Shown piece after piece: positions 1 through 8,703 of a stretch of 64,000 nt of DNA. Both the position numbers and the translations under genes were made by a program. Positions within the stretch are counted from its first letter, which is position 1; each line of letters starts with the position of its first letter. Source of the stretch: Nitrospirota bacterium (GTDB taxonomy: Bacteria > Nitrospirota > UBA9217). The DNA lies in NCBI GenBank assembly GCA_963749655.1, contig CAVVOB010000018.1, forward strand, positions 128,001 through 192,000, read 5' to 3'. The notes under the pieces are model-generated. The model saw only the letters and a program-made list of their open reading frames with translations. It had not been told where the DNA came from and made no database searches.

Positions 1-380
1 CCGATGCCGGCCTCGTTGCCGCAGAAGTGGATTATGTAAATGCTCACGGAACATCAACACAGCCGAACGACAGGATCGAGACGCTGGCGCTGAAGAGGAC
101 CTTTGGAGATCATGCACGAAAGCTCGTTCTGTCCTCGACCAAATCCATGCTCGGTCACGCCCTCGGCGCCGCCGGCGCCATTGAAGCCGCGGTCACGGTC
201 CTGGCGATCCGCGACGGAATCGTCCCGCCCACGATCAATCTCGACCACCCCGATCCCGAATGCGACCTCGACTATGTTCCCAACAGTGCCCGGCCGCTGC
301 GGATCGGGACAGCCCTTTCAAACTCCCTCGGTTTCGGCGGGATGAACGCCGCCCTTGTACTGAAAAAATTTTCCGGCTGA
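1..380 (+). CDS. fabF: Beta-ketoacyl-ACP synthase II, C-terminal part (5' end outside window)
   Basis: Motifs [24 protein letters not shown] and SNSLGFGG; frame is open from the window start. Confidence 0.9.
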   Translation, partial: DAGLVAAEVDYVNAHGTSTQPNDRIETLALKRTFGDHARKLVLSSTKSMLGHALGAAGAIEAAVTVLAIRDGIVPPTINLDHPDPECDLDYVPNSARPLRIGTALSNSLGFGGMNAALVLKKFSG

Positions 381-695
381 CGACTTCGTCCCTCGGCTAT
401 TTTGCATGTGCCGACGCGGCGGGATATGAATCGTACTTCATCCGCGTCCGGAACAACAACCTCGCAATCCCGCGCCTTGGCATCCCCCGGCTCCTGCCGG
501 AGGGGGCTCCACTTGCCGCCCAGAAGCTCTCCTGGCGCCCCTTTCCCGGCACAGGCAAGCCCTCCGGAACAGCGAAAAAAACAACCCGATGCAAAAAATT
601 AATGATAGAGCGTCTCAATAAATCCGGCATCGACAAAAAGTAATTTAGTTTGGCAATAAATAACAGTCGCCGCAATGGCTGACATAAATCTGCTA

Positions 696-725
696 TTGAC
701 TACGCATACCAAAGTATGTAATAAT
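696..725 (+). promoter_or_regulatory. Putative sigma70 promoter of the dodecaheme gene
   Basis: TTGACT at 696 and TGTAATAAT at 717-725; palindrome CATAC-caaa-GTATG in the spacer; SD AAGGAGGAG before ATG 783. Confidence 0.5.
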
Positions 726-782
726 CGCGACCGCAAAAATCAATATTCATCATTTTAAATACCAGAATCGTAAGGAGGAGCA

Positions 783-1646
783 ATGAAACGGAACACCTGT
801 CGTAAAATGCTGCTGTGGTTGCTGTCTATCGTGATTTTGTCTCTCTCACTCGCTGCACTGGCGAACGCCGATGAGCCCAAAAAGCCCAACGGCTTGAGCT
901 CGAACGATTGTTCGAAGTGCCATGCCAGCCAACCGGCCGATATTGATGCAAACGGCGGGAAACACAAGTCGAAGATATCCTGCCAGGACTGCCATGCAGG
1001 CCATCGTCCGACATCAAAAAACAACATTCCTGTTTGCAGCCAGTGCCATCAGGGGAAGCCGCATTTCGACAGCCTCAAGGGGAAATGCCTGACATGCCAC
1101 ACCAATCCGCATACGCCCTTGAAGATAACCTTCACGCAACCCCAGACCGACGCCTGCCTCACCTGCCATACCGCGCAGATCAAGCAGCTGCGTGAAAACA
1201 AGAGCAAACACTCCACCCAGAACTGTACGAACTGCCACGGCGTTCACCGCGTGAAGCCGGCGTGCACGCAGTGCCACAAGCCGCACTCGTCCGACATCAC
1301 GGCGGCTGACTGCACGAAGTGCCATAAGGCCCACATGCCCAAGGTCGTGGCCTACGCTTCCGACACCGATTCGAAGTTCTGCGCTGCCTGCCACCGGAAC
1401 CAGTATAATATGCTGGTCGCTTCCAAGGTCAAGCACAGCACATTCAACTGCGCCTTCTGTCATCAGGACAAGCACAAGATGATCCCCAAGTGCCAGGACT
1501 GCCACGGCGCCAAGCATCCGGCTTCCATTATGGCCAAGTTCACAAGGTGCGGAGACTGCCATAAGATCGCCCACGACCTCAACAACTGGACGTCGGCGCC
1601 TGCTGCGGCAACCGGCGCTCCGAAAGCAAAAAAGAAGACACGTTAG
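783..1646 (+). CDS. Periplasmic dodecaheme c-type cytochrome
   Basis: Sec signal peptide; 12 CxxCH motifs counted (CSKCH to CGDCH); many additional His as distal ligands. Confidence 0.93.
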   Translation: MKRNTCRKMLLWLLSIVILSLSLAALANADEPKKPNGLSSNDCSKCHASQPADIDANGGKHKSKISCQDCHAGHRPTSKNNIPVCSQCHQGKPHFDSLKGKCLTCHTNPHTPLKITFTQPQTDACLTCHTAQIKQLRENKSKHSTQNCTNCHGVHRVKPACTQCHKPHSSDITAADCTKCHKAHMPKVVAYASDTDSKFCAACHRNQYNMLVASKVKHSTFNCAFCHQDKHKMIPKCQDCHGAKHPASIMAKFTRCGDCHKIAHDLNNWTSAPAAATGAPKAKKKTR

Positions 1647-1674
1647 TACTGAACAGCCATAGATTTTGACCTCG

Positions 1675-1712
1675 AAAGCAGAAGGGGCCTCAAGCCCCTT
1701 CTGCTTTTTTCT
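1675..1712 (+). terminator. Rho-independent terminator
   Basis: AAAGCAGAAGGGG / CCCCTTCTGCTTT stem followed by a T-tract. Confidence 0.9.
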
Positions 1713-1921
1713 TTTTTCAGGACCTACAGGAGAAAAACGATAAGCCGGGAGGGGTGGGCAGCTGAAGCCCCGGTGCAGAGGGTCGCTCCCGCATACGTCC
1801 CCTGTTGATATTAAAGCTCTATTTATCAATGAGTAACCTGTTCCGATTCGAAATATCCCTCTTCAGGTACGATCTTTTATAATTTAGCAACTTGTAAATA
1901 GCTCAAATTAAATAAAATTGC

Positions 1922-1950
1922 TTGACATATAAAATTATAGCTACTACACT
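1922..1950 (+). promoter_or_regulatory. sigma70 promoter
   Basis: TTGACA-17nt-TACACT with an AT-rich upstream region. Confidence 0.65.
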
Positions 1951-2009
1951 ACATGAACCTGCGATTAACGATCACCCGGGCATTGATAAAACCAAGAGGA
2001 GGCAAGACC

Positions 2010-2189
2010 GTGAAAACGACTACTCCGACTCCCGAATCCCTATCGTCAGCATCAGCCAGACAGCCTGTTTTATCAGCCCAACTTTCCAGCCAGAAAATAG
2101 TCGCCAAAGCGGCAGCCGCCCTTAATCATCTCACTCAGCAATTCCAGCTGAAAAAGGCCCGCAGCCCGAAAAAGACAGGTCATGCCTAA
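2010..2189 (+). CDS. Putative small basic protein (59 aa)
   Basis: GAGGAGG SD before GTG 2010, downstream of the near-consensus promoter; no recognisable domain. Confidence 0.4.
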   Translation: MKTTTPTPESLSSASARQPVLSAQLSSQKIVAKAAAALNHLTQQFQLKKARSPKKTGHA

Positions 2190-2803
2190 CAAATTATAGG
2201 CATTCCCTTGTGTGACCCAGACCCCGGTTGTCAGACCTGTGCCGGATCAATCGGGCCGCATCCATACTCCTTCGACCAGCCTGAAAAGCATCTCGTTTCT
2301 TCGTATCGCAGCAGATCAATGCGTTCGTCCTGACAATTATTCACACCATGATGTTTCCTGCATTTCCTTCATTTTAAACCTCCGTTTTCTCTGCTGAGTA
2401 AAAGGACGGAGTACTCTGAAATATCCTTGCGCTGTATTTCGGAATACCGCTGGTTCGGAGGATCGACTGAAGATTCCCTTGCATCTCTTGGTAGAATCGG
2501 TCGCTCCTTGAGGAAAACCGGGCGTTTGGATATGTCATCCGGCGTGTTCATTTATAAAAATCACGAGGTCAATTTAAAAAAACCGGAGACAGGTTCCTGA
2601 TGTAGCGGCGTACGTCTGGTTCGGTGATCGGCTGTGTGGGATTCTGCATAGTGCCCTCTTGGAACGGACAGGTTTTTCTTATCGGCACAAGGGGGGAAAC
2701 TTTAGGACGGATAAAGACCCGGCAACGATCCTTTTTGTAGTGGTTCAGGAATGCAAGCCCTTCAGAGGGGAAACAGAAGCGGATACCTCTTCCAGACGGC
2801 CTC

Positions 2804-5422
2804 TCATCGGCCCGTCACTTCTGCCGCGTCTGCAAGTTCGTACTTACCCTCGAGAAACGACCGGACGTAGCGCTCCACGGCCCTGTCGTCGTTCAGTACG
2901 GCGTCCAGCTGCCGGGTGTAGGAAAAGAGCCGGCCGAGCTGGTCGAGGACCTTTACGGCGTCCTCCTGCTGAATGTTCGCAAGCCGGGCAAGGATGAGGT
3001 CCCCTTTGGTTTTGATGTTGAATCCGTACTCCTCCAGGATCGCGGCGATGAGCTGCAGCCGCCGCGAGCGCTTGGTCATGTCGGTTGCGCCGCCGGCGAA
3101 GCGGAAATAGATGTGGTTGTTCCTTGCCTGTTCGCTGCAGAAGCAGTCCATGACTATGAAGTGATATCCGAACTTGAGACTGATATTGGCATATTCCCGG
3201 GAGATGACCGCCATGTTCTGCTCCACACGGCCTGCCGGGCCCGCTGTAATGTCCGGCACGCGGAGCATACTCGTCATGAAATCGTTCATCCCGAGGGGAA
3301 CTGCGTCGGAACGCCAGAGCCCCGGGAGCGTCATGCCGTTGATAACGGCACGGAGCGGAATGGAGGAGATCTGCCCGGCGGTTACCTGGTCGTGGTTTTC
3401 AGGATTGTCAACCCCTCCGCCGATGTCGATCAGCATGATGCCTGCGGGGACGGACAGGTCGAGTCTGACGGCTCCGGACCGGACGCCCCGGCGCGCCCCG
3501 TCGATCAGCGCCGCTACGGACTTTTCGTGGATGAAGCGAAGGACGTCGTGCAGAGTCCTGCAGGCCTTGGGTGTAAATTCATCCCGCAGGGGATCGACAA
3601 GGTTCAGCGGCGTGATGGAGCGAAGCAGATACCGCTTCCTGCGGAACTCGTAGACGTTTTCCATCCTGCGCGCGTTCCGGTCGGCCCGGGCGACCAGGTC
3701 GGGGACGATCCCGCCGTAGATCGCCGACCTGTTGTCGTCTCCGGCAACAACGGTGACGGGCTGCCCGTGCTTCAGGCTCTCGGTGGCCCCGGACAGACCC
3801 ACGATGGTCGGGATTCTCAGCTCCCGGCACAGCGCGGCCATGTGGCTTGTCTGCGACCCCCGCTCGGTGATGATGGCCGAAACGTAGGGCATGGTGGATG
3901 CAAAGAGGGATGAGTCGCTGGGCGCCACGAGGACGACGCCTTTGGGCAGGTTCAGGATGTCCGCCGGCTTTCTGACAATGAAGACCTTGCCTGCCCCGGT
4001 GCCGCGCTGCACCACGGTACCGCGGTCCTGCAGGAGGACGGGATGGGCGCCGGCTGGATCGAGGTTCGCGGTCCCATTGGCTGACGCAGGCGGGTCGCTT
4101 CTGTCTTGCACGGCCAGCGGCCGCGCCTGGAGTACGAAGAACTTCCCCCTGGAGTCAATGGCCCATTCGATGTCGCGCGCCGATCCAAAATACCGCTCGA
4201 TTGCCATGGCATGGCGGGCGACGGCCGCCGCCGTTTCCGGGGACAGACAGGTCCGGTCCCGGAGCTCCTCGGGAGTCCTGATCTCCTCCGTCTCCCCCTT
4301 CCCGGCCATGCGTATCATGGATTCCTTCCTGCCGGGGGTCACCCACTTGAGCACCGGTTCCTTCCTCTTGCTCACGACATAGAGGTCCGCTTCCGCCCGG
4401 CCCTCGACAACGGCCTCGCCCAGTCCCCAGACAGCATTGATGATCAGGGTGTTCGCATCGCCCTCCGGTGTCGTCGTATAGATGACGCCGCTCGATGCGG
4501 CATCGACCATGACCATGCAGGCCACTGCCATTCTCATGTCCCGGATGCCGTAGCCCAGGCGCGCCTGATAGGCCGCCGCCGGTTCCGAAAAAAGACTGGC
4601 GATCACTTTGCGGTAAGCCTTTTCGATCTCGCCGGGATCGAGGGGAACGTTCAGGACGGTCTCGAACTGTCCGGCAAAGGAGAAGTCTCCATCCTCTTCC
4701 CCGGCGCTGCTCCTGACGGCAAGGGAGCAGCCCTCGCCGCAGCGAGCACGAAGCTTCTTCACGGTCTTCTCGATGGCGCGGCTGACCGGGGCGGGCATCG
4801 TTCCGTGCAGCATCAGCTCGCGGATCTCGTGCAGTACGGACGGGAGGATCGGAGCGCCGGGCCCGGGAAGCGCGATCTTTTCGAAAATGCGGTTCTCCTG
4901 CAGAAAGGCATCGAAAGCGGCCGTGGTAACGGCAAAGGCATCGGGAACCGCGAGACCGATCGCATTGCGGACCTCTGCCAGGCTCGCGTTTTTCCCCCCG
5001 ACAACGCGCGTCATGTCGGCGGTTATCCTGTCGTAGGTCAAGATAAAGGGTTCTGAAGCCGAGGGGGTCTCGTCAATGACCGTCCGGATCCTTTCATCGA
5101 TCTCCCGAAACCGGCCCTCCAGGCCGCTGAAGCGGCGGCCGGTCAGGTCGGCGAAGAGCCGGAGCGAATTCTCCATCTCCGCCCGGAGACGGGAATAGGA
5201 GCCGTTGACATAGACAATGTCGAACAGGTAGTCACCGCCCAGTTTCTCGCCCATGTCCGTGATGGTTTCGAGCGCCCTGTTGTTGCTGTCGAGTACGCTC
5301 CGGAAGCGGTCGAAGAGGGCCCGGAACTCGGCCGGATCCGCCGACGCCTTCCCGCGGAAGAGCGTCCGGGACAGTGACGAGTAGAGTGTCTGTATGATCA
5401 TCGAATGTTTCATGGCACTCAT
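2804..5422 (-). CDS. PEP-synthase/dikinase-like protein: ATP-grasp (PPDK_N) + phospho-His swivel domain + unknown C-terminal domain
   Basis: VGGKNASLAE, LAVRSSAGEED, SFAGQFETVLNV, DIEWAID, LQARPL and GSQTSHMAALCRE; no PEP-binding TIM barrel. Confidence 0.88.
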   Translation of the reverse strand: MSAMKHSMIIQTLYSSLSRTLFRGKASADPAEFRALFDRFRSVLDSNNRALETITDMGEKLGGDYLFDIVYVNGSYSRLRAEMENSLRLFADLTGRRFSGLEGRFREIDERIRTVIDETPSASEPFILTYDRITADMTRVVGGKNASLAEVRNAIGLAVPDAFAVTTAAFDAFLQENRIFEKIALPGPGAPILPSVLHEIRELMLHGTMPAPVSRAIEKTVKKLRARCGEGCSLAVRSSAGEEDGDFSFAGQFETVLNVPLDPGEIEKAYRKVIASLFSEPAAAYQARLGYGIRDMRMAVACMVMVDAASSGVIYTTTPEGDANTLIINAVWGLGEAVVEGRAEADLYVVSKRKEPVLKWVTPGRKESMIRMAGKGETEEIRTPEELRDRTCLSPETAAAVARHAMAIERYFGSARDIEWAIDSRGKFFVLQARPLAVQDRSDPPASANGTANLDPAGAHPVLLQDRGTVVQRGTGAGKVFIVRKPADILNLPKGVVLVAPSDSSLFASTMPYVSAIITERGSQTSHMAALCRELRIPTIVGLSGATESLKHGQPVTVVAGDDNRSAIYGGIVPDLVARADRNARRMENVYEFRRKRYLLRSITPLNLVDPLRDEFTPKACRTLHDVLRFIHEKSVAALIDGARRGVRSGAVRLDLSVPAGIMLIDIGGGVDNPENHDQVTAGQISSIPLRAVINGMTLPGLWRSDAVPLGMNDFMTSMLRVPDITAGPAGRVEQNMAVISREYANISLKFGYHFIVMDCFCSEQARNNHIYFRFAGGATDMTKRSRRLQLIAAILEEYGFNIKTKGDLILARLANIQQEDAVKVLDQLGRLFSYTRQLDAVLNDDRAVERYVRSFLEGKYELADAAEVTGR

Positions 5423-5567
5423 AACTCAAAAGTTAGAATTCAGAAGTCAGAAACCAGAATGCACATCGCAAAACCGAGAACTCGAAGCTGATTATTTTCC
5501 TCAGCCCTCTGCCCGGGGCCCCATGCTTCTCAACTCAAAACTCGAAACTAAAAACTCAAAACTGCCG

Positions 5568-5936
5568 TTATTTCGCCAGCGCCCGCTTGATTGATTCTTT
5601 CAATTCCTTGATCCTGACGGGTTTTGGGAAAAAATCATGCACGTCGCCGCGCAGCGCCTCGATGGCCGCGTCGAGGTTCGCAAAGGCGGTGATCATGATC
5701 ACCGTCGTCCCCGGGTATTCCCGTTTGACGGTCCGGAGAACCTCCATGCCGTCGATGCCTTTCATCTTGTAGTCGGTGACCACGACCTGAAATTTTTTTT
5801 CCTTCAGCCTGGCCAGGGCCGGTTCGGCGTTCAGGAAGGTCTCGACATCGTACCCTTCCTGTTCGAGCGACAGCTTCGCCATGTCGCCCACGATCTTTTC
5901 GTCGTCAATGACCATGATGCTGTATTTATCCATCAT
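5568..5936 (-). CDS. Single-domain response regulator (CheY-like)
   Basis: IMVIDDE, VVVTDYKM, MITAFA and FFPKP; start MMDKYS overlaps the kinase stop. Confidence 0.9.
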   Translation of the reverse strand: MMDKYSIMVIDDEKIVGDMAKLSLEQEGYDVETFLNAEPALARLKEKKFQVVVTDYKMKGIDGMEVLRTVKREYPGTTVIMITAFANLDAAIEALRGDVHDFFPKPVRIKELKESIKRALAK

Positions 5937-7338
5937 TCCTCTCCTCGTGGTGATATTTCGGCAGCTCGACGGTAAAGGTCGTGCCGACGCCCACCTTGCT
6001 CTCCACCCTGATCTCTCCTTTATGATTCTTAATGATACCATAGCTGACCGACAGCCCCAGACCCGTTCCGCCCTCGCCCTTGGTGCTGAAGAAAGGATCG
6101 AAAATGTGGGGCAAATACTCCGGTGGGATGCCCTTGCCCGTATCCTTGACCGTGACCTCGACGGTTTCGCCGCTCTTCCCCGGCCGCGACGCAATATAAA
6201 GCCTTCCGCCTGCGTTCATGGCCTGGACGGCGTTGGTGATGAGATTGACGAAGACCTGCTGGATCTGGTGTTCGTCGAGGGAGAGATGGGGCAGACCCTC
6301 TTCGAGATTCACCGTCGTCTCGATGTTCTGCACGTCGATCATGTTCTGGACCAGCGTGAGGGTCTTCTGGATGACGGCGTTGATATCCGCCTCCCTCGGA
6401 TTCGCGTCCTTGGGTTTGGAAAAATCCAGGAGGTTCTTGACGATCTTGCGGATCCTTTCCGTTTCAGCGTCGACCTTCAGCATGAACCCGCGCCGGTCCG
6501 TTTCGTCCAGGTTCCCGTACAGCTCGTCGTAGGTCTGCGCGATCATGGAGATGTTGTTCAGGGGATTTGTGATCTCATGCGCAACGCCCGCCGTAAGAAT
6601 GCCGAGGGAGGCCAGCTTCTTGGACTGGATGATCTCCTCTTCGCGGTGGGCAAGCTCCTCGGACATGGAATTGACGGCCGTGATGACCGAACCGAGCTCG
6701 TCGTTCGACCGGAACCCTTCGATGTGGTGGAAATTTCCTTCCGAAATGGACCGCGTCATCCGCTCGATCTCCCGCAGGGACCGCACGATCTTCTGCGAGA
6801 TGAAATGGCTGATCAGGAGCGCGGAAGCCAGGATCGCCCAGAAGGAAAAAATAAGGATGCGCTTCGAACTCAGGATGATGTCGTTCACGCGCCGCCGTTC
6901 GAGCTGGGTGATCGAGTCAGAATATTCTTTCAGCTTCCTGCCGTCAAGGCGGATCCTTGCCTCGAGATCCAGGCCCGGAGCATTTCCCCTCCCCGTTGCC
7001 CTGACGGCGTCCGCATAGGACCGGAGCAGGGCTTCCAGCTTCCGGAGGTCCGTTTCTCCGATCGCCGGGATGATGTCCCCTTTCGCCGATTCAAGGGTAG
7101 CCTGGGCTGAGGCGATTTTCCCCTGGATCTCCGCGAGCGCCTTTCTGTCGTGGTAGAGAAAATAGTTCTTTTCCGACAGGCGCATCTCGAGGAACGACGC
7201 GTTCAGATCGTCGGCGATCTCCACGAACCGCAGCTTCGTCAGGACCAGGTTCATGTTCTGAAAGGCGAAAAAGCCGATCAGGATGATGAAGGCCCCGTTG
7301 ATGACATTCGAGAGGATAAGCTTGTTTTCGATCTTCAT
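5926..7338 (-). CDS. Membrane sensor histidine kinase (2 TM, HAMP, HisKA, HATPase)
   Basis: GVAHEITNPL, NLITNAVQA, DTGKGI, GTGLGLS; periplasmic RLSEKNYFLY; start MKIENKL. Confidence 0.93.
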   Translation of the reverse strand: MKIENKLILSNVINGAFIILIGFFAFQNMNLVLTKLRFVEIADDLNASFLEMRLSEKNYFLYHDRKALAEIQGKIASAQATLESAKGDIIPAIGETDLRKLEALLRSYADAVRATGRGNAPGLDLEARIRLDGRKLKEYSDSITQLERRRVNDIILSSKRILIFSFWAILASALLISHFISQKIVRSLREIERMTRSISEGNFHHIEGFRSNDELGSVITAVNSMSEELAHREEEIIQSKKLASLGILTAGVAHEITNPLNNISMIAQTYDELYGNLDETDRRGFMLKVDAETERIRKIVKNLLDFSKPKDANPREADINAVIQKTLTLVQNMIDVQNIETTVNLEEGLPHLSLDEHQIQQVFVNLITNAVQAMNAGGRLYIASRPGKSGETVEVTVKDTGKGIPPEYLPHIFDPFFSTKGEGGTGLGLSVSYGIIKNHKGEIRVESKVGVGTTFTVELPKYHHEERNDG

Positions 7339-7467
7339 GAACAATTTAGCATAGTGCACGGCGCATGGTAACTTCCGCAAAGAGCATAGGGCATGGCGCA
7401 TGAAGAGAGGTATCCCTCTGCCCTCTGCCCTAACTCAAAACTAAAAACTAAGAACCAGAAACTGCTT

Positions 7468-8703
7468 TTATTCCGGGTACGCGATCCCCCGCGGGATCTC
7501 GGCCTGCTCCTTGCGCACGGGCCAGTACCAGAACATGCCGTCCGCCAGCATCAGGACCCCGGCCGCCATGAGCCATAAGTTGAAGGACGTGAGCAGTCCA
7601 AACCCGAAATAGCTGATGATGCCGATGCCGATGCTCAGGAAAGAAATGCCGGTCCGGATGAATGCGAGTCCGGTCCGTGCCCGGGAGTAAATCGTGCGGT
7701 AACAGGCTGCGATCGTACGCTGGGCCGCCAGAACGTTTCGCTCCCGCGCGAACATGGTCCGCGTCTTGCTGGACGGCGTCGGATTCAAATACGTGCTGTA
7801 GTCCGCCAGCAGGTCTCCCATCCGGGCAAGCATGGTTCCCTGGATCCGCCGTTCAAGCGCCGTATCTTCCGGCGAATGGTAATTCTCGAGAAACTGGATC
7901 GTGGCCGCGGTCACCTCCGCAAGAGTCTGGTTGCCCGGCGGCGTCATCCGGGATTTTCGCACATTGAGATAACCGGGAAGACCGTACAGGGCGATGATGA
8001 TGCCGATCGCAAGAACTGAAAAATAGAGATAGGGATTCGTGCTCGTGTTCTTTGACTGCAGCAAAGCATTCGAAAGGGCGATCGTACCCAGGCCCCACCG
8101 AAGAAAAGCGAGCCCGGTCCTGGCCTTCGCCAGATCGGTCCGGTAGCAGGCCATTCTCGTGCGCCATTGGGCCATGGTGTTTCTCCAGAATGCAAGGCCC
8201 GTCCGCTCGGTCCCGATCAGAAGACCCGGCCGTGCATGGAGATAGTCCTGGATGTACCCTTGAATGTCCGAATCGAGGGCGACACGAAACTCATAGCGTT
8301 CCGCCTTGATGAACTTTCTTACGTCCTCCCGCATCGCCGGGCTCTCGGGATTGCGCGCCGCGATCGTAACCAGACCCGACCGGTCCCTCATGACGGGCAT
8401 CCACTGGTACGACGAAAGGGAGTCCTGGCTGACGGCGGAGAGCAGTTCCGGAGGGATCGGCAGCCGTTCGTCGTACTCGATGGAGGCGCAGTGATAGTAC
8501 TCGGCAAGCGCCTCGAGCAGGTCCTGCTTGAACACGCCGAACTCCCGAATCAGCACCTTCTCGAGTTCTACTCCACGGGCCTGTGCCATTCCCCCCGCGT
8601 CTTCCAGTTCCGCCCGGCTCAGAATACCCCGGTCAACCAGAAGCGAGAACTCCGACTGCGGTCGGACGGGAGTGTTGACCACGTTTTCGATATCATTCTT
8701 CAT
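7468..8703 (-). CDS. GspE-N/MshEN-like domain + 2 DUF202-like membrane repeats
   Basis: N-terminal LLVDRGILSRAEL...LAEYYHCASIEYDE; two (L/M/F)AxxRTx heptad runs, each followed by 2 hydrophobic helices. Confidence 0.75.
   Translation of the reverse strand: MKNDIENVVNTPVRPQSEFSLLVDRGILSRAELEDAGGMAQARGVELEKVLIREFGVFKQDLLEALAEYYHCASIEYDERLPIPPELLSAVSQDSLSSYQWMPVMRDRSGLVTIAARNPESPAMREDVRKFIKAERYEFRVALDSDIQGYIQDYLHARPGLLIGTERTGLAFWRNTMAQWRTRMACYRTDLAKARTGLAFLRWGLGTIALSNALLQSKNTSTNPYLYFSVLAIGIIIALYGLPGYLNVRKSRMTPPGNQTLAEVTAATIQFLENYHSPEDTALERRIQGTMLARMGDLLADYSTYLNPTPSSKTRTMFARERNVLAAQRTIAACYRTIYSRARTGLAFIRTGISFLSIGIGIISYFGFGLLTSFNLWLMAAGVLMLADGMFWYWPVRKEQAEIPRGIAYPE

Noticed and set aside
1740-1800. 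GC-rich foldable segment as an ncRNA
   Set aside because: Outer pairing (CGGGAG / CTCCCG) is possible, but there is no match to tRNA, SRP, 6S or riboswitch motifs that I recognise
2804-5422. Canonical ppsA or ppdK
   Set aside because: Lacks the C-terminal PEP/pyruvate-binding barrel motifs
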